Below, piece by piece: positions 54,030-61,893 of a DNA stretch of 64,000 bases; within the stretch, counting starts at the first letter, position 1, and each line of letters starts with the position of its first letter. Position numbers and translations under genes: made by a program. This stretch comes from Phycisphaerae bacterium (GTDB lineage: Bacteria; Planctomycetota; Phycisphaerae; UBA1845), in contig JAJDDQ010000039.1 in NCBI GenBank assembly GCA_029260215.1, forward strand, positions 48,313-112,312, in the 5' to 3' direction. A model generated the notes under the pieces. That model was not told where the DNA came from and ran no database searches. It saw only the letters and a list, made by a program, of their open reading frames with translations.

Positions 54030-54471
54030 GGGGCGAAAGCCTTTTGAACATGTCCAGTTGCATCCCGCCGCCGTCGGCAGGAGCGTACGACACCTCGTCC
54101 ATCACCGTTCTGATGATGTGTACACCCAGCCCGCCCGGGCGTACATCGTCCAGATTCCGGCCGACGATCTTCGCCGGATCCACCTGCTTGCCGAAGTCCC
54201 GGATCGTCACGCGAATACCCGCGCCTGTATCCGCATCCGACAATACCCGGCTGATACACACATCGATCGGCTTGTCGCAGGGGCCGCCATAACCGTGACG
54301 AATCACATTGGTAAGCGCCTCATCGACCGCCAGCATGATTTGTCCAATCGCGTCCTCGGCGAACCCGGACGACTGCGCGACCCGGTCCACCTCGATCCGC
54401 ACCGAGGCTAACGCCTCCGGATCACTGGCGATGCGCAATCGGATGCAAACTTCGTCCGACAAAGCCGTCAC
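54022..54471 (-). CDS. RsbW/SpoIIAB-like anti-sigma regulatory Ser kinase (HATPase_c)
   Basis: N-box-like LAVDEALTNVIRHGY and G-boxes (RDFGKQVD, PGGLGVHIIRTVMDEV). Overlaps both neighbouring genes. Confidence 0.85.
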   Translation of the reverse strand: MTALSDEVCIRLRIASDPEALASVRIEVDRVAQSSGFAEDAIGQIMLAVDEALTNVIRHGYGGPCDKPIDVCISRVLSDADTGAGIRVTIRDFGKQVDPAKIVGRNLDDVRPGGLGVHIIRTVMDEVSYAPADGGGMQLDMFKRLSPHE

Positions 54472-54890
54472 CTCTTCGGAACCGCTTCAGGGGCGGTGTC
54501 GCCAGTCTCGGAACGCACCGTCAGATGCAACCGCCAAGCCTCAACCGCCCGGCTGCGCTGCTCGGCATCGTCCGCATAATCGTAACCCAACCTCATACCC
54601 GTCAGCTTCTCCAACGCAATGATGGCCGCAAAGCGAACAGCCGAATCCTCGTCCTCGAGACGGTCCACAAGCGCCGCCACACGATCGACATCGCCCGCGC
54701 GAGCAGCCTGATGAATCGCACGAACCCGCTGCCCCGCGTCAACCGAGGAAATACCCGTCCCCTCAGGATGGACGGACCGACCGCATCCCGCGCACAATAG
54801 AGAAAGACCGGACGCGACGCACCAGGGCACGACGAGCGCCGAAATCCGCAAACGGGAACATGCTCGGCTGATTCGGTTCATGGGAATCAC
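54468..54890 (-). CDS. HEAT-repeat lipoprotein
   Basis: Lipobox LLCAGC. HEAT-like helices (RVRAIHQAARAGDVDRVAALVDRLEDEDSAVRFAAIIALEKLTG). Confidence 0.7.
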   Translation of the reverse strand: MIPMNRISRACSRLRISALVVPWCVASGLSLLCAGCGRSVHPEGTGISSVDAGQRVRAIHQAARAGDVDRVAALVDRLEDEDSAVRFAAIIALEKLTGMRLGYDYADDAEQRSRAVEAWRLHLTVRSETGDTAPEAVPKR

Positions 54891-55007
54891 GGCGGTCGTC
54901 GATTATAGGGGTCGCCCAATAGCGTGCAAATGCTTTATTGAAACCGACTTCTGATTCTCAAACAGCCCGGCGACAACGCGCCGATTTCGAAAAAGGGAGA
55001 CCGTTTC

Positions 55008-55943
55008 TTGGCCAACGAGCCTTACACAATCCTTCAGCCGGACCGCAATCACCCCATGTGGACCGAAGCCCTGCGGCTCGCCGTCACCTCCCCTGACGCC
55101 GGCCCCCGGCAGGCAGACCAGAACATCCGACACCTGCTCGAATCCGCAGCCGTTCAAAAAATGACCCTTCGCCCGTTTTGCCTCGTCCGCAACCCCCAGC
55201 CGATCGAAGCCTCAATCATCGCATTGCGATCACCAGGCCGAACGGCGATGCTGCTCATAGGCCTGCGTTCGGAAGAAAAACCGCCCGAAGCCCTCAAAAC
55301 GCTGATCGAAACGACCGCCCGCGAACTCGCCGGCGAAGATGTCGTCCTCCTGCAATCGCTCGTAGCCCCCGAGCAAATCGCCATAGCCACCAGCCTGCGT
55401 GGCACCGGGTTTACCTATCTTGCGGAATTGGTCTACATGGAAAACCCGATCCGCAACCAACGGCCCAATCGCCCCAGCCCGCACAATCTTCGCCATCTTG
55501 CCTATTCTGACGCGCTGCACGGGCAATTCGTCTCAGCCGTGGACCTCACCTATCGCGAAAGCCTCGATTGCCCAGGGTTGAGCGGCACGCGCGACCCCCA
55601 CGACGTCGTCCTCGGGCATCGCCACACCGGAGATTGCGACCCTGTGCGGGACTGGCATCTCGCCTTGATCGACAACGAGCCTGCGGGCGTGTTGCTGCTC
55701 TCGCGCGTTTGCGGTCGCCCGCTTACCGAGGTCGTTTATCTCGGCGTCGCGCCCGCGGCGCGCGGCAAGGGTGTTGGCGATGCGTTACTCTCGCTCGCGT
55801 TTGACGTTGCGCGCAAAAGCAAGTCCCGCGCGATCACATTGGCCGTCGATCGCGCCAACACGTTTGCGCGCGACCTTTACGCCCGCTGGGAATTCTCACC
55901 GATCGCAAGCCGCCGGGCATGGATTCGTCGTATGCCTTTGTGA
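55008..55943 (+). CDS. GNAT-family N-acetyltransferase
   Basis: Acetyl-CoA binding motif A region (VVYLGVAPAARGKGVGDALL) in the C-terminal half. TTG start. Confidence 0.78.
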   Translation: MANEPYTILQPDRNHPMWTEALRLAVTSPDAGPRQADQNIRHLLESAAVQKMTLRPFCLVRNPQPIEASIIALRSPGRTAMLLIGLRSEEKPPEALKTLIETTARELAGEDVVLLQSLVAPEQIAIATSLRGTGFTYLAELVYMENPIRNQRPNRPSPHNLRHLAYSDALHGQFVSAVDLTYRESLDCPGLSGTRDPHDVVLGHRHTGDCDPVRDWHLALIDNEPAGVLLLSRVCGRPLTEVVYLGVAPAARGKGVGDALLSLAFDVARKSKSRAITLAVDRANTFARDLYARWEFSPIASRRAWIRRMPL

Positions 55944-55972
55944 ATGCAGAGGCTGCGCTTCTTTTCACCGAA

Positions 55973-55981
55973 CTATCCACA
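55973..55981 (+). promoter_or_regulatory. DnaA box (8/9 match) upstream of dnaA
   Basis: CTATCCACA versus consensus TTATCCACA. Lies in the AT-enriched 319-nt region before dnaA, which also holds a T9 run (56016-56024). Confidence 0.4.
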
Positions 55982-56262
55982 ACCCGCCGGCTATTGTGCT
56001 TAATCTGTGTGTTGATTTTTTTTTCGGCGCGTAACCCTTTGTCCTGTTAAAAGCAACGCAACACACAGGGTGAATGCCGGGGTAATTACGTGTTGACGTT
56101 GCGTAGGCGGAGTGTTAATTTTGACGCTCGTCGTGGCGGCGATGTTGACCGAAACGACGAACTTGCATCGGCCTGTCAGAGGCGAAGGCCTCGCGTCCAG
56201 AGTTTTGACAAAATCAAAGTTTTTCGCGCCCGTTTCAAAGGGCAAGTGGTGGATGTACGCGC

Positions 56263-57678
56263 ATGGACCCAAGAGTAAACGAGCTTCACGATCGAATCGC
56301 CCAAAAAGTCGGCCCCCAGCGGTACAAGGTCTGGTTCAAGGGGACGACCGAGTTCGCCTTCGCCGACGAATTCGTCAGCGTGAGCGTTCCGAATCAGTTT
56401 GTCGGAAGCTGGATCGAAAAACACTTCGTGGAGGTCATCCGCAGCATTTCCTCGGACCTCGCGGGCAAAACGCTCGACGTGGCGTTTGTGATCGATCCCG
56501 AACTTGCGAAAAACCTGCGTAAAAAACAGCCCGATTCGCAGGTGGACTTCGTCACCAACAATCCCGAGCGCGAAGCCAGAGCACGCAAGAAGCTCGGCTC
56601 GCCACCCCCCGCCGCTGTGCCCGATCGCTCCTTCGCAGAATTCGTCGTCGGCGAATCGAATCGGCTGGCCTACACCACGGCCATCTCCGTCGCGGAAGCG
56701 CCCTCGGGCCGGCAGTTCAACCCGCTGTTCATTCACGGCGGGTGCGGAATCGGCAAGACGCACCTGCTCCAGGCCATCTACCACCGGCTCAAGGAAGCCC
56801 TGCCGAACAAGACGTGTCGCTATCTCACCGGCGAGGATTTTACAAACAATTACATCTTCGCGCTCAAATCGGGAGAGATCGATTCGTTTCGCCACCGCTA
56901 CCGCAACGTCGATGTGTTGATCATCGACGACGTCCACTTTTTCTCGAACAAAGTCGGTACGCAAAACGAGTTCCTGCACACGTTCAACGCCATCGACATC
57001 GGCTGTCGTCAACTGGTGCTGGCTTCGGACGCCCATCCCAAAATGATCAGCCAGATGTCCGAATCGCTCGTGACGCGCTTCGTGTCCGGCATGGTCGTCA
57101 AGGTCGAGTCGCCCGACTACCAGACGCGAGCCGAAGTTCTGCGTCGCCGGGCCACCAAAATGAAATGCGACGTGCCCGAGCCGGTGATCCAATACATCGC
57201 CGAGCACTGCCAAGCCAACATCCGCGAACTCGAAGGCGCGCTGTACAAGCTCGTGCTGTTGGCCAGCGTCACGCAGAAGCCGATCACGTTGTCGCTCGCG
57301 GTTCAGGGTTTGCAGGACCTCATCCAGAAGACAACGTCCATCGTGCGTCTGTCCGACATCGAAAGCGTCGTGTCGATCTTCTTCGGGCTGAACCCAGCCG
57401 ATCTGCACACGTCGCGTAAGTCGCGCACCATCGCCTTGGCCCGTGGGGTGGCCATGTATCTCGCACGGCAGAGTACGGACATGAGTTTTCCCGAAATCGG
57501 GCGCTTTATGGGCAACAAGAATCACTCCACGGTCCTGCTGGCCTGCCGGCGTATTAAGAATCTGGTGAAGGAAGACAGCATGGTCAAATGGCTGACGGCG
57601 GCGGGCGAGCGGGAGATGTCCATTCGTGCGGTGCTCAGCGAGTTGGGAGAACAGTTGGGGCAACCGATTTCGTTTTAG
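56263..57678 (+). CDS. dnaA: Chromosomal replication initiator protein DnaA
   Basis: Domain I (YKVWFKGT..), AAA+ Walker A GGCGIGKTHLLQA, Walker B LIIDDVHF, and the domain IV DNA-binding signature (IALARGVAMYLARQSTDMSFPEIGRFMGNKNHSTVLLACRRI). Confidence 0.97.
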   Translation: MDPRVNELHDRIAQKVGPQRYKVWFKGTTEFAFADEFVSVSVPNQFVGSWIEKHFVEVIRSISSDLAGKTLDVAFVIDPELAKNLRKKQPDSQVDFVTNNPEREARARKKLGSPPPAAVPDRSFAEFVVGESNRLAYTTAISVAEAPSGRQFNPLFIHGGCGIGKTHLLQAIYHRLKEALPNKTCRYLTGEDFTNNYIFALKSGEIDSFRHRYRNVDVLIIDDVHFFSNKVGTQNEFLHTFNAIDIGCRQLVLASDAHPKMISQMSESLVTRFVSGMVVKVESPDYQTRAEVLRRRATKMKCDVPEPVIQYIAEHCQANIRELEGALYKLVLLASVTQKPITLSLAVQGLQDLIQKTTSIVRLSDIESVVSIFFGLNPADLHTSRKSRTIALARGVAMYLARQSTDMSFPEIGRFMGNKNHSTVLLACRRIKNLVKEDSMVKWLTAAGEREMSIRAVLSELGEQLGQPISF

Positions 57679-57694
57679 AGCAAACTCAATCAAA

Positions 57695-57728
57695 GCGCAG
57701 CGAGCCGCGAACTTCAGTTCGCGCGGAC
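57695..57728. repeat. Repeat family E copy 4
   Basis: GCGCAGCGAGCCGCGAACTTCAGTTCGCGCGGAC, 17 nt after the dnaA stop. Terminator-like position. Confidence 0.75.
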
Positions 57729-57795
57729 CCCAGCCAATCGCCATCGCTGAACGCTGCGTGAACATTGAGAACACTCTAACGCCCGCCGCCAGGCG

Positions 57796-57890
57796 TCGTT
57801 CGATGTGAAGAGTCGTCCGATGGAACGAATCGTTCGGGGGAGAAAGACGAACAGAGCCGCGCCCGTAAGGAAGCGGTGGACCGAGACAAT
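57796..57890. repeat. Repeat family D copy
   Basis: TCGTTCGATGTGAAGA...GACGAACAGAGCCGCGCCCGTAAGGAAGCGGTGGACCGAGACAAT. Confidence 0.6.
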
Positions 57891-58020
57891 CGCGCATTGC
57901 GCCGATGGCCTGCTTCCCAAAAGTTGTTCCACGTGTCTTGAGGGTCTCAGATATCCTGACGCGTACCGAGATCATGAGCAAGCCACGCACCCTTTCCAAC
58001 AATTACATCCAAATAAACCC

Positions 58021-58256
58021 GTAACAGGTCAGCCGTATGCAATGTCATATGACGATAAACCCCGCAGAGACGCTACGATTGCCCTCTTCCTCCCCTCCTT
58101 GCGAAGGAGGGGCCGGGGGAGGTTCTTCGTGCGAACCGAAGCGTTACTCCGATCAAGACCCCCCTGTATCCCCCCTTTGCAAGGGGGGAAAAGATCGTTT
58201 CCCGTCGCAAGCGAGGGCAGGTCGTGGCTTGGCATTGCACATGGCTGAAGAGTTAC
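58021..58256. mobile_element. MITE-like element (family A copy 3, inverted relative to copy 1)
   Basis: Left end TAACAGGTCAGC (58022-58033), right end GCTGAAGAGTTA (58244-58255). Interior hairpins CCCCTCCTTGCGAAGGAGGGG and CCCCCCTTTGCAAGGGGGG. The right end overlaps the stop codon of the 58253-58741 gene. Confidence 0.6.
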
Positions 58257-58741
58257 GTAAACCCAAGAACAATAAGCACTGCAATACAGCACGCTGACAG
58301 GAAAGCGGTCAACTGAATTGCTACAATTCTTACCAACAAAATGCTTACTCTTAACCTGCGTCGTTCCATACGTTTGGTCGTCAAGAGAGCAAGAGCCTCG
58401 CAAAACCACCCAAGAAAGATCGTACCGAATTCGATCAGGTCATCGCGCGGCGGATCGAGAAAAACGTAGGGACTTGCAAGCAGGAGCAACCCACCCACCA
58501 GAAAGGCCACCGACAGGTCGGATGCGTAGACTGACTTCGGCGAGACCAATGCTTCCGGCATCGACAGTCCGCATTCCGGACACACATCCGATTCCAGTGA
58601 CGCGCGCAGATCGTACCGACAACGGAAGCACGTGGGGCCTTTGGAGTCATTCATATCCGGAATTGAGCACATAGGCGCAAACGATGCGAAACTGCGCATC
58701 CTGAAGCAGGCACGCATGTCAATAACGTGTCCTCGCTTCAA
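58253..58741 (-). CDS. Hypothetical zinc-ribbon membrane protein
   Basis: CFRCRYDL...CPECG ribbon followed by 3 TM segments. Visibly lower GC than its neighbours. The start is either TTG 58741 (4-nt overlap with the surE stop) or ATG 58654. Confidence 0.55.
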   Translation of the reverse strand: MKRGHVIDMRACFRMRSFASFAPMCSIPDMNDSKGPTCFRCRYDLRASLESDVCPECGLSMPEALVSPKSVYASDLSVAFLVGGLLLLASPYVFLDPPRDDLIEFGTIFLGWFCEALALLTTKRMERRRLRVSILLVRIVAIQLTAFLSACCIAVLIVLGFT

Positions 58742-59508
58742 AGCACAAGTCGAAAGTCAGCCGGCAGGCTCAAGACGTGCGTGGGATCGATACCAACAGC
58801 CGTGACGGCCACACTCCCGGAAAACGCAACTGCCAAGTCCGTGTCCGGTGTCAGCGGGCGACCTTCGTAATCTCCCGAAAATCGGTAGCGGCCGGTTGTT
58901 CCCGATTGGCCGTCGTCGTCGCGGGCGAAGGCCAACGGAACGTGATCGCGGGACATCGGCACAATACGCACGCCGTCCGGTTCCCGCCCCGATTCCATCG
59001 CGGGAAGGTTCACATTCCAGAACGCGCCCTCCGGCGCATCCATAGTCAACAATTGTTCGAGCAGATTCCGCGTCCAGCGCGTTGCGGCAGGCCAATCCGA
59101 AGCCAAGCCCGTGCGAAACATCTGGGATATCGCGATGGAACGCAGGCCGCAGAATGCACCTTCGCGTGCAGCGGCCACCGTGCCGGATTGTGCGACGTCG
59201 ATGATGCTTGCGTTGGCTCCCCGGTTGATGCCGGACAGAACGCAGTCGATCGGCTTTCGGACAAGCTCCGCGACAGCCATGCGGACACAATCCACCGGCG
59301 TCCCCCCCACCGCGAACACCTTGCCCATGACGGAGTGCTCGCGCTCTTCAACGGAAAAAGATCGGCCAAGCGTCGCGGCATGCGAATAGGAAGATCGCTC
59401 TCCGTCCGGCGCGACGACGAACGTTTCATGCACGTCAGCCACCGCGCGGTAGAGCGCTTCGATGCCCGGAGCATCGACCCCGTCGTCGTTGGTCAGTAGG
59501 ACGCGCAT
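58738..59508 (-). CDS. surE: 5'/3'-nucleotidase SurE
   Basis: MRVLLTNDDGVDAPGIEAL... and the GINRGAN motif. Confidence 0.95.
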   Translation of the reverse strand: MRVLLTNDDGVDAPGIEALYRAVADVHETFVVAPDGERSSYSHAATLGRSFSVEEREHSVMGKVFAVGGTPVDCVRMAVAELVRKPIDCVLSGINRGANASIIDVAQSGTVAAAREGAFCGLRSIAISQMFRTGLASDWPAATRWTRNLLEQLLTMDAPEGAFWNVNLPAMESGREPDGVRIVPMSRDHVPLAFARDDDGQSGTTGRYRFSGDYEGRPLTPDTDLAVAFSGSVAVTAVGIDPTHVLSLPADFRLVL

Positions 59509-59518
59509 GCGGGTTGGA

Positions 59519-60010
59519 TTAATCCCGGCTGGCGGGAATCACCAATCCCGTGACGTCGGCTTCGAAGACAAGCGTGCCGTCCACGATGCCCTGCACGCTG
59601 CACATGATCCGCCTGCTTCGGGCGTCGGTGCGCCGGCAGACCATCCACATCGTCGCGGGCGGCTGAACCGTCTGACGGAATTTGCAATTGTCCACACCGC
59701 CGTACCCGACGAAATCGTGAAAATCGTCGTTGGCGTAGCGCTCCATGAAAGCCGCGATCTGTGCGGCGGCTTCGAGCATCAAAACGCCCGGCAGCAGCGG
59801 TTGCCCAGGGACGTGTGCTTTGCACCACCAGAGGTCTTCGCGCACATCCATAAACGCGATGGCTTCGCCGACCTCCTGATCGAGGTGGACCACGCCGTCC
59901 AACAGCTCGAATTCGTGCTTCTGGGGCAATCGGCTGTAGATTTGCTTCTTGGTGTAGATGACGCGCGAACGGTCGAGCTGCGCGACGTCAACACGGAGCG
60001 GAGCAGCCAT
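59519..60010 (-). CDS. FabZ/FabA-like 3-hydroxyacyl-ACP dehydratase (hotdog fold)
   Basis: Start at ATG 60010; the ORF-track 5' extension is unlikely. The core is H.PGQPLLPGVLMLEAAAQIAAF, typical of FabZ-like dehydratases. Confidence 0.82.
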   Translation of the reverse strand: MAAPLRVDVAQLDRSRVIYTKKQIYSRLPQKHEFELLDGVVHLDQEVGEAIAFMDVREDLWWCKAHVPGQPLLPGVLMLEAAAQIAAFMERYANDDFHDFVGYGGVDNCKFRQTVQPPATMWMVCRRTDARSRRIMCSVQGIVDGTLVFEADVTGLVIPASRD

Positions 60011-60146
60011 GTGAATCGATACCTTCCTTGGAGCAGGCCGGGGGAACGGACCGCCGATGAACGACACAAGGCAAGCCGGACCCGGCTCCCGGAACCGGCC
60101 CCCGGAACCGGCACAACATGCCGGAAGCCGACCTCGAAACGGAATG

Positions 60147-60332
60147 CTACGCCGTCGTCGACTCCGTGCGGGATTCGAGCACTTTTTTGCGCACGTCCTG
60201 TGCAGCCAGCTTGATATCCTGCATGGACTTCCGCACGCGCGTGCCGGCTGCCTTGTTTCCGCCGGCAGCCTTCTGCACGTCATCCGCTGCTTCTTCGACG
60301 AGTTGTTTCAGTTGCTCATACGCCTGGATCAT
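60147..60332 (-). CDS. Histone H1-like nucleoid protein, Hc1 family (short form)
   Basis: The 61-aa sequence ...KAAGGNKAAGTRVRKSMQDIKLAAQDVRKKV matches the conserved Hc1 N-terminal motif (GNKAA..RVR). Confidence 0.78.
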   Translation of the reverse strand: MIQAYEQLKQLVEEAADDVQKAAGGNKAAGTRVRKSMQDIKLAAQDVRKKVLESRTESTTA

Positions 60333-60616
60333 GACAATGATTCCTTTCTCACTTAAGCAACCCCGGACGCGGGATCGCGCTGGAAGTCTAACCCGGCAAT
60401 AGGCCGTCGCAAAGCGAAAACGCTGTAGAAAACCGCATTATTGGGTCAAAATCGCCTATGATCGCTGCGTGCCTCGGCCCGAAGCTACGCTGCCCGCCGC
60501 ACGGGCAAGATATAAACCCTTTATCGGACTACTGTTACGAATCAGTCCAGCCTTTCCAGAGGAGCGATCTCGCGATTCCCTGTAGCCATCGTCCGCCCGG
60601 GTCCGATATTTCGTTA

Positions 60617-61891
60617 ATGTTCACACGCAGAACCGCAATCCTGTTTTCAGCCCTGCCAGCGGCGTTGGCAGCCAATCTCTGCCCCGCCGGCGGAAATGTG
60701 CCCGACTGGGCCACCGTCCGCAAAGTCGCGGATCAGCAATTCGACGTGGTCGTCGAAATCGACGACGGCGGTAAACCGATCGACAGCATGACGTTATGGG
60801 CCACGATCGACGGCGGTCAATCCTGGAAGGAAGCCGGCACATTCGATCACCAGGTCGAGGCCTTTCGCTACGAGGCGCGCGTGCAGGGGTTTCACGGATT
60901 TTACGCGGCGGCCGGCAACGAGCTGGGGGTTTCCGCCCCCCCGCCGGACAGCACGACCACGCCGGACTATTGGGTTTTTGTCGATTTCACCGCGCCGGTC
61001 GTGCAGATTCGCGAAGTCGAAATCCGCCGCCAAGGGTCGCCCATCGCGCACATCACGTGGGCGGCGTTTGATAATGATCTCAAGGATCGGCCCGTCGACC
61101 TGACCTACCGGGGTGGCGGAGGCAACACCTGGCACACTCTGGCGAATTCCATCGCGAATACCGGAGCCTACGACTGGCGCATGCCGGCTAATCTTCCGCA
61201 GCGTATCACGGTCCGGGTCACGGCGCGGGACCGCACCGGGCACGCGACCTCCGACGAATCCGATCCCGTGGTCCTTCGCGTCAAGCAGCCAACACCGCCC
61301 GCCCCCATCGCCACCACGGTTTCCGACCCTGGACGCCTGTTCGGTCGCCCGACGAAAGCCCAACCACGCACGGGCCTGGGCTCGGAGATGGAGCGTGCGC
61401 TTTCGCTGGTAGCGCAAGGCAAAGCCCATTCTCGGCGTGGCGAGAATTTGCTTGCACAGTCGCGATTTCGCGATGCCTTGGCGCTCCAGCCGGAATTGAC
61501 CGAGGCGCTTGAGGAGTTGGGGCGGGTGCTTTACGCTCAGAATGAGATGCCCCGATCGATCGAGGCCTATCGCCTGGCTTTGCAACAGAAGCCGACGTCG
61601 CGTGCTGCTTTGGAGGGCGTTGCGTTGGCGCACATCGCCGAGCGTCGATTCGACCCGGCGGCGGAGTACATCGAGCGCATCGTGCGCCAGAACCCTGCGG
61701 ACGCACGGGCTTGGTTGAACCTGGGTGATATCGCCGTGTATCGCGGTGACGAAATCCGGGCGCGCGAGTATTACGACATGGCGATGACCGCCGACGCTAC
61801 GGACGCGAAAACGATCGAGATGGCCCGGGGGCGATTGAAGAGTCTGCCTCAACTGGCGAGCGAATTTCGCCAAACACACGCGGAGCGCTGA
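60617..61891 (+). CDS. Secreted protein with Ig-like N-terminal region and C-terminal TPR repeats
   Basis: Start at ATG 60617 (signal MFTRRTAILFSALPAALAA). TPR units occur from about residue 260 (ENLLAQSRFRDALALQPELTEA..., ARAWLNLGDIAVYRGDEIRAREYYDMAM). Confidence 0.82.
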   Translation: MFTRRTAILFSALPAALAANLCPAGGNVPDWATVRKVADQQFDVVVEIDDGGKPIDSMTLWATIDGGQSWKEAGTFDHQVEAFRYEARVQGFHGFYAAAGNELGVSAPPPDSTTTPDYWVFVDFTAPVVQIREVEIRRQGSPIAHITWAAFDNDLKDRPVDLTYRGGGGNTWHTLANSIANTGAYDWRMPANLPQRITVRVTARDRTGHATSDESDPVVLRVKQPTPPAPIATTVSDPGRLFGRPTKAQPRTGLGSEMERALSLVAQGKAHSRRGENLLAQSRFRDALALQPELTEALEELGRVLYAQNEMPRSIEAYRLALQQKPTSRAALEGVALAHIAERRFDPAAEYIERIVRQNPADARAWLNLGDIAVYRGDEIRAREYYDMAMTADATDAKTIEMARGRLKSLPQLASEFRQTHAER

Positions 61892-61893
61892 AC

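Noticed and set aside
57805-58248. 147-aa plus-strand ORF, and the ORFs 9636-9950, 9739-10239, 51534-52271 and 58029-58409 with PPCKGGIQGG / RRRGRGRFF-like translations.
   Set aside because: They are built from the family A/D hairpin repeats. The same peptides appear in several frames and on both strands. They have no SD and overlap real neighbouring genes.
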